Part shown: one piece after another, positions 41,465 through 53,113 of the stretch
How positions within the stretch are numbered: position 1 is the stretch's first letter
Layout of the letters: each line of letters begins with the position of its first letter
Source: Eledone cirrhosa
Taxonomy: Eukaryota
DNA length: 64,000 bases
Direction: 5' to 3'
Assembly: GCA_964016885.1 (NCBI GenBank)
Contig: OZ024750.1
Span: 31,310,001 to 31,374,000, forward strand
Made by a program: the position numbers and the translations under genes
Notes under the pieces: model-generated
Told to the model about the DNA's origin: nothing
Databases searched by the model: none
What the model saw: only the letters and a program-made list of their open reading frames with translations

Positions 41465-42011
41465 GGGTGGTTGATTGGCACCATCGGTAGAGCGTTGGAC
41501 ATCATGCTTTACGACATATAGTTACGGTCCTTTACGTTCTGAGTTCAAATCCTGTCGGGGTTAGCTTTGTCTTTCATAATTACGGAGTCGAGAAAATAAA
41601 GTACCAATAACGCACTAAGGTCGATTTAATCAACTTTTCCCTCCCCCAATATTGTTGGCCTTGTACCTAAACCAGAAACCATTATTTATAAGAGGTTAAC
41701 TTTGCCTTTCATCCTTACGGGGTCGATAAAATAAAGTACCAGTAATACACTGGGATAATTGCTCGCCTTGTGCCAAAAAGTAGAAACAATTATTTATAAT
41801 AGGGCAGTGGATTAGCAGTATCAGTAGAGCATCGGATAAGACATATAGTCATTTACGGCCTGCGTTCAAATTCCCCTGACGTTAGCTTTGTCTTTTATCC
41901 TTACGGGGTCGATAATGTAACACTATAACACTAATGCACTGGGGGTCGATTTAACCCCCCCCCCCCCACCATTCACATTGCTGGTATGTGCTAACAGTAG
42001 AAACAATTATT
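41465..42011 (+). mobile_element. Cluster of three family A SINE copies
   Basis: Repeated head/core/tail motifs at ~41465, ~41690, ~41800. Confidence 0.85.
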
Positions 42012-43059
42012 TGTAATAGTCTTCGTAAGTTAGTTTGTTGCTCCTCTTGTTCGTTCCACTTAAACTAAGGTATATCCAATGTTTTGTTGTCGGTTAATTC
42101 ATGTATAAGTGAAGCTGGATCAGTGAATTTATACATACGTTAGTTTGAGCGGAACTAGAAGGAGGTTTCACAAGGCAATAACTAATACAAGGATAACCAG
42201 GATGTGTACAAAATAAAAAAAAAACAAAAAAACAAAACAATCTACCCCAGTGGTTTGAACAAAAGTTTCCGCCCGAAAGTCCTTCAAACTTAGTGAATAC
42301 TGCTTATTTCGACTATAACAATTAAGATGATCACTATTGTCTAAATAAATTAATGTGTAATAATGGTTTCTGATTTAGACACAAAGCATATTGTTCAACG
42401 CTCTACCCATACTGCCCACCTACCGCCTCCTGTGTATTAATGCTACCTCCTCATCACATAAATTCAGGCAAAAGAAAATCTTTCTTCTTTCCTTAAAATT
42501 TATGATAATAATACAAAAATATTTTCCAATATTTGCAATTAAGAATGTAACAAAAATATTCAGGTGACAATGATTGAGACTGAATTTCTTGTCAGCGTTA
42601 AGCACAAACTATTTATTCTGCAACCTGTCAAAAATCAATGTTAACATGAACATAAAATATCTTCTCGTAATTCTATTGATTGAAAAGGGGAAAAATGTGT
42701 AATAGGAAAAAAAGAAAGCATGAGACTGAGAGATAAAAGTCAGAGAAATACAGAGATGGAGATAAACAGTATTTGCTAATGTGGGAGACAGAGCATGAAC
42801 GAAAGGAAATGAATCATTTAAATGATGTGACAAAAGAAACCAGCTGATATCCTATCAGTTGTGTGGTTGGTCCACTGGATACTGAATAGAAGTTCTCTTG
42901 GAAACGTGTCTACCTCAGATACACTGACATGGTAACAGTGGATCAAAACTGGTATACACCAACCTTTAATAGGCTAGCACGGTACAGTAGAGGGCAAGCA
43001 CCACACATTCTTCCTAGATTTAGGCACATGCGTAGGGGAAAGTCAATTAAAACGACCTC

Positions 43060-43206
43060 AGAGCATTACTGGTACATTTTATCCACCCCGTAAGGATGAA
43101 AGCCAAATCTAACCTCGGTTGGATTTTATTCGGAAAGTAAAGAGCCTTAACTCTATATCGCAAAGCAAGTTCTCCGACGCTCAACCCATACTGCCAATAC
43201 ACCACC
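43060..43206 (-). mobile_element. Family A SINE, diverged
   Basis: cattactggtac...ccccgtaaggatgaaagc...tactgccaat. Confidence 0.75.
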
Positions 43207-43209
43207 TTA

Positions 43210-43494
43210 TCTATATATCTAAAACAGAGAATGTCTGCCTGTCTGTCTGTCTCCCTAAAACTCGAGAACCACCCAACCGATTTTTTCCAAACTTTACACA
43301 TGTAATACTTATGGCCGTGTGAGTGTTTTGAGCAAAACATATTTTCAATGCCCTGGGGACCGCATTAGGCGATTGCGATCTGTTTCTATCTTACTTAGTC
43401 TGCCTGTTTAGATAGATACATGGCTATAAGGTCGCGCCCTTATAATATCTGTCTGTATGTCTGGCTGTCTGCATTACGACATTATGGCACTATC

Positions 43495-43495
<1 letters not shown>
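43210..43495 (+). mobile_element. Helitron-type non-autonomous element 5' part
   Basis: A|TCtatatatct start, (GTCT)n tract, ccgattttttccaaacttt motif as in the 5' end of 46358-47373. Confidence 0.6.
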
Positions 43496-43560
<65 letters not shown>

Positions 43561-43703
43561 AATAAAAATACTAGAGTGTGTTGGAGTTAAACACCCTCTT
43601 CGTATTATAGAAATGACAGTAAAGGTATAGCTCAATGTAATTAAACAGAGCCGAAGAATTATGAAAATAAACCAAAGAAGCCTTCAATACATCAAAAGTC
43701 TTT

Positions 43704-43749
43704 ATTAGCCAACAATGTTTCGTCCTATTAAGGACTCTTCAGGGCAATT
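43704..43749 (-). ncRNA. Minimal type I hammerhead ribozyme
   Basis: attgcc-CTGAAGA-GTCCT(taat)AGGAC-GAAA-CATTG-TT-ggctaat, followed by aataaa. Confidence 0.8.
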
Positions 43750-43852
43750 AAAGCTATAAGAAGCACTATCGGCCAATACAAGCCCAAAACTCAGAAGAAT
43801 ATTGTTCTGAGTTTTTGGCTTGTATTGGCCGATAGTGCTTCTTATAGCTTTA

Positions 43853-43897
43853 ATTGTCCTGATGAGTCCTTAATAGGACGAAACATTGTTGGCTAAT
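43853..43897 (+). ncRNA. Minimal type I hammerhead ribozyme (predicted cleavage after GUU at 43890)
   Basis: attgtc-CTGATGA-GTCCT(taat)AGGAC-GAAA-CATTG-TT-ggctaat. Confidence 0.8.
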
Positions 43898-43938
43898 AAA
43901 GACTTTTGATGTATTGAAGGCTTCTTTGGTTTATTTTC

Positions 43939-43994
<56 letters not shown>

Positions 43995-43999
43995 GTGTG

Positions 44000-44076
<77 letters not shown>

Positions 44077-44138
44077 AATTATACAATGTATAAATGCATA
44101 GCTATATACATACGTAAATGTATGTATGTATATATGTA

Positions 44139-44740
44139 TGTCAGGTCAGCAGTTGGTGCTACTGGTAACATGTATCCCAGTACAACCTGTTTCATGGTCG
44201 GATCGTTGGCGACTAAACTGGCAACCCCCACAAAGGTTTCTTGGTGAGGAGGGTGACTTTGGACATCTTGCAGGACTAAAAACAAAACCTGTCAAAGGGC
44301 AAAGGAGCTCTTAAGAGTCAATGGCCATCCTAAAATCACCGGGAGAGCTGACCCCTTAGCCTTTTTCAAGGAAGAATTCTAGGAGAAGAAAACTCTGATA
44401 TAACACCTGCAACCCTGATGGTATCCAATGATGTTGACTTGTTCTTCTTTTTGGTAAATATCATCTTGGTTAAGAGAGTAGGACTGGCTTTGTGCAGTGC
44501 CTTTGCTCACTATAAAAGCTTCATGGCACACCCATTGCTTTATATCTGGAGATCTCTCTGCACTTGTCGTCACATGGTACCATGGGCCCAGCACTATGTG
44601 TCAATAGTTGTCACAAGTGTAGTGTTTGTACCAGAGTTTTCAAGTCGCTGGCTGGACTAAAAAGTCACACTCGTTCAGCGCATGGATATAAAGTAGTGGC
44701 CGTACTCGAAAACGAGTTGGCAGCCACCATGTATGTATGT
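44139..44740 (+). mobile_element. Non-autonomous RTE-derived bipartite element, copy 2
   Basis: Homolog of 18496-19110; [24 protein letters not shown]; (TATG)n tail. Confidence 0.75.
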
Positions 44741-44793
44741 AGATTTGTATATATATATGTATGTATGTATGTATGTAGATTTATATGTATATA

Positions 44794-44829
<36 letters not shown>

Positions 44830-46357
44830 TGTATGTATGTATGTATATTTATATATATATATATATATATGTATATTTATATATATATATATATAAATCT
44901 ACATACATACATATATACATACATTTACGTATGTATATAGCTATGCATTTATACATTTGTATATATACGTGCATTTATATTTAAGTGTGTAAGAATGTTG
45001 ATATGATCTATGTCTTCTTTTTTTGGTAAGGAGAACATTTTTGTCGCCAGATTTTATTACCTAGGGAGATTAAATACCACACTTCTGGCTGAAAGCTGAC
45101 CAGTTTCTCAACTTCATCAAACACTAACGCCGGCCTGTGTGTTTATATATGTGTGTGTGTGTATGTATGTGTATATATGTGTGTGTGTATGTATGTATGT
45201 TTGTGTGTGTATGTTCACCACCATTGCTTCTTCTTGTCATTTCTGCTGAAGTAGTCCTTACTTTCAGTGTCTTTGATTTCTTTTGATTTTCTGTTATCTC
45301 CCTAGGGAATTCGTTGACACGCTTCTTTAATTTATTTTCTTTGTTTTCTTCATTCAAATCACCGACTGTCTAAGAGACGTACAAATATGACTTATAAAAC
45401 TTACCAAACTAAAGGGGCTTCTAGCGCCCACAAAGTTTCAAACGCCCCCTTACTGCATAACGCCCCCTTGCTGCATAACGCCCCTGGAGCTACGAAACTC
45501 CCCCCGGGGTGGGGGGCGGGGGCGTATGCCCTCCGTTGGGAACCTTTATTCAAGTCTATGGTAATAAAATACCAATTTTCCAAGTTTTGATGTTCTTCAG
45601 TTATTCTCTATTATTCTCGATCGAGAGCATTCTTTCTATCTAACACAGAAGTAGCCACTTACTGCTTCAAGTGATATATCTATTACTTCATTCAATGTTA
45701 TTACGTTCTTATTTTATATATATGTGAATTTAAAATCTCTTGCTATAAAATGTTTGATAAGCTAATGTTGTCGATGTTCGGGAACAAGAACAAACAAAAA
45801 TAGAAAGGAGAAAAAACTTTCGTCGCGTGGGGGCTAGAAGCAAAACATTCAATTTTCTGAATTCTTCCTATTTGCTTTTCCCTAAATTCCGAGTCAATAT
45901 AAACCACATTTCATTTTATATTATTGACTTGTATAGTTGATAAAAATAAATACCACTTAAGTAATGGCGCCAATTTAATCAAGTATACTCTTCGTTCCAT
46001 TTTCTATCTTTACAGGGATGTTCAATATATAAATTACATCCGATTAACTATCATTGTTTGATGAAGTACTTCGATCTGTTGAACTAAAGTTAATACGAAT
46101 AGTTGTTTGTTTCTTGCACAGGCTGCAAAGCTTCAGATGTTTGTCGGAAGCGAGTAGTGAATGTGAAAGTCAATTTTACCGTGCATATTATTTTATTGGT
46201 ACTTATTTCATAACAGGACTCTTCCAGAGTGCCGAAAGACAAAATGACATCCATGAGATTCGAATTCAGAACATAGATTAGCGAAACGCAATACCAGAAC
46301 CTGTTTTGTCCACATCTCAACCGAATTCCCCCATCAATAAATCTTATTTATATACTA

Positions 46358-47373
46358 CTAGCTGAGGTACCCAATTGTTTGTGCAGAAATAACGCTTGAT
46401 GAAGCTCTTGGTTGAATTAAATCTTATAGGAAATCACGGTCATCGTCTGGGATCTCCACACCACGACCAACTGGTTAATGCGACCCGCAGAGGCCTTCTA
46501 TCCATCCCGTAAGATGTTCCATTCGGTTAAATATACGCATGTTAGCAGCAAAGATGACACAGCCTAGGGTGGGTAGGTAATTTTTAAATATCCTTATGGC
46601 CCGCGAGTCAACTGTGGCCCGTTGAGATTTCTATTCCATTCGCAAAGGGTTCCGCCCTGCATACATTTTTGGAAAACACCCTCCCCATTGCCCAACCAAA
46701 GCCCATAAATCCCATTTGTCTGTGTAAAACTCGGCCCGTAGAGGGCACATTCAATTGATATCCATCCCATTGTTGAACTGCCCTCTGTCCCGCTGGACAA
46801 AACCATCCACTGCACATAAGTGGTGTATCTATGATGTTTGAAAAAAGCATTTGCGACAATTCGATATTTGCGGTGTTTTCGCTTTAACAAGGTGCCCTGG
46901 GGAAACTTTTAACACCTTATTGATACATAAATAATGACCCTGTACAGTTTAAAGCAAATTGGTTGCTCATATCAGAAGAAACAAACCAAATGAAAAATAG
47001 GTTTGTGTGGCCTTTTCCCCACCGCGAATTGTCTAGAATAATTTTTTCTTAGCCTAAAGCCATCCTTAGAATGTTTCAATTTTGAAAGAAATCAGTTGAG
47101 AACTTTAAAAGTTATGGCAGAAAATAACATACATATGAGCATTTGCATGCTCATATGAATAAAAAATGCTATTTATAAAAAAATCGATGCTCACTGGAAA
47201 TTATCGATTAATTTGATCTTGAATGTACGTAAGAAATCAAATGGGCATGGAAGCCACACAAGTGTCAAGTTTCATCAAAATCGGTTTGGTAGTTTTTGAG
47301 TTTTAGGTTCACAAACAAATCCACAAACAAACAAACACATAAACAGACAAAAATTGCCATTTATGTATATAGA
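46358..47373 (-). mobile_element. Helitron-type non-autonomous element (~1 kb)
   Basis: Minus strand begins A|TCtatatacat, with (TTTG)n and ccgattttgatgaaacttg, and ends ...cagCTAG|T. Confidence 0.7.
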
Positions 47374-47741
47374 TAGAGAACATTACCTATAGCATCGTAT
47401 TTCTTATTTCGGTTTAGCTGTCAGAGTAAAGAGAACTAAGTATATAATACCTTATTCGTCTGCCAGTAATAGAAACTTAGTCTACTTAATAGTTACTTTT
47501 ACTGTTTTAGGGAGTTGGGTATTTCCAAACACTGTTTATTTAGCAGAAGTGTCCTTATATAAATTTGTTGAGAAATCACTTTGGAAAATAGAATTATTTC
47601 TTCACTTTCCTTTACGCCAGAATCTATTAGCTTTTTACGATGAAAATATAGCGGGACTTCTCATGTTTTGGTGATAAACGGTGATAATATATAATCTGTC
47701 GTTCTCATAATCAAATTAGTCAGCATATAGATTAACTATAA

Positions 47742-47777
<36 letters not shown>

Positions 47778-47839
47778 GTATGAAGCCGAATTCTCGGCTT
47801 TTAAGCACTAAGAATATATATATATACATCATATATATA

Positions 47840-47902
<63 letters not shown>

Positions 47903-48792
47903 CGTAATAAGAAAAAAACGATGGAATTTCGTTGACATGTATTTGTTTTTATTGAGGATCGACCTGTTACACGCGTTTCGCAGATGATTGGCTCAAGGTC
48001 ACCCATGGAAGCTATGTTAGGGACTCCAAATCGATACTGATGTAGGGTCCATGTATTCCAGAGGTGACCGTGAGCCAATCATTTCCTTATTATATGTGTA
48101 TTTGTCAGGTCAGGCTTCTGCTTGCTAATGCTATCAAAATACAAGAGCTATTAAAAGGGCGGATGAACTCCTCAGATCCAAAGGGCATCCACCCAATCTA
48201 TGGGTGAGTACAGCTCCAGCCCTGACAGGACCAAAACCAAACAGAAAGTGGTGGAGATCAGTCATGGAGAGATTCCTCCAACAGGAGTGAGAAGGACCTA
48301 GATTGGATTGGATTGGAAACTGGTGCATGACAAATTTTTTGCTTACATATATGCTGATATATATGCCATGTAGTCATTGAAGATAGAAAAAATAACAGAA
48401 TAGCAGTTTCTTAAAATAGTCGATTCCGCTGTTTTGGATTCGTAAATCATCAGCATACTGAGCTGGAGAGGTATGGGCTCTGCCACATCTAAAGTTGCCC
48501 AAGACACACTGTGTATCTGGATGGTGCTTGCGTGTTAATCACTTCATTGTACCATAGCGCCTAGATAAAACGACAGCCGTAGTCTGATGACGTCCGCCGC
48601 CCCCATACCAGCAATTAGAGCAATGTGTTTGCTTTTATGTTGCGAGGGTTAACGTATGATTTTGAAGAATGTGATTGACTTTTACATTGTCTTACGTAGT
48701 ATGTGTCTGGTGAGGTGGGGTTGATTAAGTTCGAAGGTAGCATTGGTTCTGTGTAGATTTGTTTGTGTTCAAGTTAAGCGAATTGATGGTCC

Positions 48793-48843
<51 letters not shown>

Positions 48844-48844
<1 letters not shown>

Positions 48845-49240
48845 GAGGTGTGTCAGAAAAGTTCCAGGACTGATGTCACAAAAGATTTATTTCAAACCCA
48901 AACTTCACACTAAGAGTTTTCTCCTTCAAAGTAACCCCCTCGGAGTCTAATGCACTTTTCCATCCTTTCTGCCACGCTGGCATGCACTCCTGGAAGGATT
49001 CTTCCGGGATCCTCCGCAGTTCCGTCGTCACGGCCTTTTTGATGTCGTCCACGACTTCAAAACGGGTACCCTCCGGGTCGTACTCGAAGATCCATGAAAA
49101 GTTTGATTGCTGCAGAGAGCTAAGATTACAGTTACATACTCCAGGGGGATTACTTTGAAGGAGAAAACTCTTAGTGTGAAGTTTTGGTTTGAAATAAATC
49201 TTTTGCGACATCAGTCCTGGAACTTTTCTGACACACCTCG
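48844..49240 (-). mobile_element. 397-bp mariner-derived MITE, same family as 30023-30915
   Basis: Same ~100-bp TIRs, TA TSD inside (TA)n; retains WIFEYDPEGTRF and the C-terminal coding remnant. Confidence 0.93.
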
Positions 49241-49268
<28 letters not shown>

Positions 49269-49271
<3 letters not shown>

Positions 49272-49453
49272 TTGTTTCTACAATAGGCACAAGGTCAGCA
49301 ATTATCACAGTATATTACTGGTACTTTATTTTATCGACCCCCGTTAGGCAAAGTTAACCTCGACGGGATTTGAACTCAGAATGGCAAGGGCCGTACCTCT
49401 ATGCGTCAAAGCATGGCGTCCGACCCTCGACCGATACTGCCAAATCACCGCCT
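49269..49453 (-). mobile_element. Family A SINE with TSD
   Basis: TSD tatatacatataat; small core deletion. Confidence 0.88.
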
Positions 49454-50300
49454 TATAATATATATACATATAATGTGTATGTATGTGTGCACATTAAAAC
49501 AATATAAAAACGGAAATGTATTCAATAAAATGAATGTAATTGAATACAAATACTTAAATACAAATACTTGAATATTTTAAACAATGTATTTGACGGTTCT
49601 AAAACGCATTCCCTAAATGTTATAATAACCAAAGCAGTTCTCTGGTAGAAGGAAATATGTATTTGCTAATTTCAAATGATTTCATTGTTATCAGAAAGAT
49701 AATGCAAATCTGTGAAAGACGTTTGTTTTTGAAAGGATATATGTATTTCTATAACAAATACATATAAATATTTTAAGTTTTCTTTGTTCTCCTACCACCG
49801 TAAAGAGCCTGAAGGAAAATAATTGAGTATAAAGAAAGATTTTGTCAATAACCTAATTAAAATAAAAATGAAAATGATATGTAGATATAACTCTTTAGGA
49901 AAATGTGTAATTATATAGTTTATATACAATAGACACGAAAGCACAGAGATATATCAACAAGTTGTAAATAAGATTCATATATTTTTGTAGGTCACAAATA
50001 TGTATTCTCACAAAATCATGAACGTTGTGTGTTGATAATTGTATGTCAGAATACGTAAATGTGTCCTATAAATTCCATGTTAGATAAATTATATATAACA
50101 TGGAATTTATATATAAATAAATTTATCAATCTAATCTGTAGTCAACTAATTGCAAATAATGATTTCTACTTTAGGAACAAGGCCAACAAATTTTTGGGGA
50201 GGGGAAAGCTGAGTAAATCTTAAGGATAAAAGGCAGAGCTAACTTCGGCGGGATTTGAACTCAGAACGTAAAGGGTTGTATTAAGTGCAAATAATAGGTA

Positions 50301-50352
<52 letters not shown>

Positions 50353-50497
50353 AGAAACACAGTAAACCGTGTGTCTAAAATTACAAGGGTTGAAGAACCA
50401 CATTTGTTTGAAATATTTAACCAAGAAGCAGACAGAATGATAAAATAAAAATATATTATTATACATTATTATACAAACCGCCTCAATAACCATTATA

Positions 50498-50577
50498 TCT
50501 CTCGGACAGATTATCCCTAATCTGTTTCCCCCTGAGTGTGTTTGTAACAGATAATCCTGGGCTTCATAGGCGAGAGA
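50498..50577 (-). ncRNA. Second copy of the same hammerhead with a mutated core (CCTATGA)
   Basis: Stems I and III intact; core and stem II base altered. Confidence 0.6.
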
Positions 50578-50972
50578 ATCTGATTAAATGCCACAAACAC
50601 TATTTGCCAACGTTCACACAGAAAGATGAATTTGTCACCTCGTGCTCCGCTATTCAAACGTGGTAAGCGTGTATTGAATAGAAATAACAGTCCAACACAC
50701 ACAACTTAATAAGCTCAACTTGTGAGGGAGCAGAAATATATATGAAAATTAGAGTTAAAACTCAATTGGAACCCTGTAACTATTAAGCTCCAAGTATAAA
50801 TACTGAGCCGATTAATACTATATAGTAAGAAACACAGTAAACCGTGTGTCTAAAATTACAAGGGTTGAAAAACCACATTTGTTTGAAATATTTAACCAAG
50901 AAGCAGACAGAATGATAAAATAAAAATATATTATTATACATTATTATACAAACCGCCTCAATAACCATTATA

Positions 50973-51052
50973 TCTCTCGGACAGACTATCCCTAATCTGT
51001 TTCGTCCTGAGTGTGTTTGTAACAGATAATCCTGGGCTTCATCAGCGAGAGA
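50973..51052 (-). ncRNA. Type I hammerhead ribozyme, full stems (predicted cleavage after GUC at 50980)
   Basis: tctctcg-CTGATGA-A-gccc...ggac-GAAA-CAGATTA(GGGA)TAGTCTG-TC-cgagaga: 7-bp stem I, 8-bp stem III closed by a GNRA loop. Confidence 0.85.
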
Positions 51053-51156
51053 AGTATGACCCCGACGGCAGAGCTCAAGCTGTTTCGACGGCTATTTCTA
51101 TATAGTCCAGAAATAGCCGTCGAAACGGATTGAGCTCTGCCGTCGGGGTAATACTT
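51052..51156. mobile_element. Palindrome of two HHR 3' halves (GAGCTC-loop family)
   Basis: aagtatgaccccgacggcagagctc...tttcgacggctatttct / agaaatagccgtCGAAACggattgagctctgccGTCggggtaatactt. Confidence 0.7.
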
Positions 51157-51241
51157 TTTCCTATTTCCCACTCTACTACCCTAAGTATTGAGTACTCTGG
51201 TGCGTTATGGTCCATCTGGTGCCTTACAACAATTCCATTGT

Positions 51242-51742
<501 letters not shown>

Positions 51743-51761
51743 ATAATAATAAAATTGAAGA

Positions 51762-53045
51762 CTAAAATCCAAAGAGGGCTCGAAAGGCTTCAACCTCTCT
51801 ATACAGGTTGAGGCCAATCTCTCGGTCGTTAATTACCTCGACGTTACCCTCAATTTATTGAATGGGTTGTATTACCCGTATAGAAAGCCGAATGATACGC
51901 TTAATTACATAAGTAAGCATTCCAACCATCCCGCCAGCATAACCAAAGAACCTGGTAAGAAACGTTTCGTTGAGGCTTTCCCGTCTTTCCACCAACGAGC
52001 GCATTTTCAACGACCATTCCACTTATTACAATGAAGCTCTTGCTCGAAGTGGATTTGTTGATAAGGTAGCATATACAGAGTACGAAAATAGACCCAGAAG
52101 AAATAGATCCCGTCGCATTTGTTGGTTTAACCCACCATATAATATGGAGGTGGCCACACCATTAGCTAAGATCTTTCTTTCCCTTATTACGAAGCATTTT
52201 CCCCCTACACATAAATATAGTAAAATTTTTAATAGAAATACTATTAAAATTTCTTACTCTACGACTCCTAACCTTGCACATAACATCACAGCTTCAAATT
52301 TAGCTAAACTACCTAGCCGTAGGAACACGTGCAACCCTGTAGTTAGTACTAACTGTAATTGTAGGAATCGGGCTGATTGCCCCCTATCCGGGAAATGCCT
52401 CTCTAGTAACATTGTCTACAAATGTAAGGTTGTAACACCCACGTCCCGTAGGGCCTACATAGGGTTAACCGCCAATAGTTTCAAGCAGCGTCTTTACATA
52501 CATACCCATTCTTTTCGTTACCCTCTAAGAAGGAATATGACGTCACTTTCAGCTTATATCTGGAGTCTAAAAGACAACCACACCCAATATAAGTTACACT
52601 GGGAGATCCTAGCTAGGGCTAGATCGTATAATGGAAATAAAAGACCATGTGACCTCTGCGCCGCTGAGGCCCTGGAAATACTCTACGCCACAGTCAACAT
52701 CTTAAACAAAAAATCTGAGGCAATTTCGGCTTTAAACATAAATTGCACAAAACTTTCCTGTATTACAGCCCCACGTTATACCCTAACGGATAGTACGATC
52801 TATACGTGGATATTTTACGTCCTGATGTGGGAGCTAATTTTATGTTTTGTTTATTCCTTTACTTATTTGCATAGCGAACGTTTCCACGAACCAAAGTATC
52901 GTCTTCCTGTCTTCCTCCGGTTGCAACGTTTTTTGAAATATCCAGTTCTGCGTTTACAGATTGACTTTGTTAGTTTCAGAAGATCCCGTTAAGGGTGAAA
53001 GCAGCAATTCTTTGCTTAAACTTTAATCTGTTATTTTAATAAATA
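51762..53045 (+). mobile_element. Penelope-like retroelement, 5'-truncated (RT thumb, Cys-rich linker, C-terminal GIY-YIG endonuclease), probably Hydra-clade-like
   Basis: VNYLDVTL...YRKPN...SNHP upstream in another frame; ORF 51970-52992 WFNPPY, KHFP..HKYSKIFNRN, CNCRNRADCPLSGKC, IVY...YIGLT...FKQR...H, CDLC; both ends in (TA)n. Confidence 0.9.
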
Positions 53046-53081
53046 TATATATATATATATATCTATATATATATCTATATC

Positions 53082-53111
<30 letters not shown>

Positions 53112-53113
<2 letters not shown>

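Larger units (their letters stand above)
43658..43943. mobile_element. 286-bp near-perfect palindrome in (TA)n carrying two hammerhead ribozymes
   Basis: Centre between 43800/43801; arms differ at only a few positions. Confidence 0.95.
50348..51053 (-). mobile_element. Partial tandem (1.5 units, 475-bp period) HHR-bearing non-coding element, retrozyme or PLE pseudo-LTR-like
   Basis: 50348-50578 repeats at 50823-51053; each repeat holds an HHR; left end abuts (TA)n. Confidence 0.85.

Noticed and set aside
44564-44700. Host C2H2 zinc-finger exon
   Set aside because: A single finger at the 3' end of a repeated RTE-derived element
45400-45546. hAT-like MITE
   Set aside because: Only one possible terminus (aggttcccaac) and a short internal repeat; no partner TIR or TSD found
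50385-50420. Additional plus-strand HHR (TTGAAGA...GAAA) in the 475-bp unit
   Set aside because: C3 is missing, the stems are weak, and the second copy reads TTGAAAA
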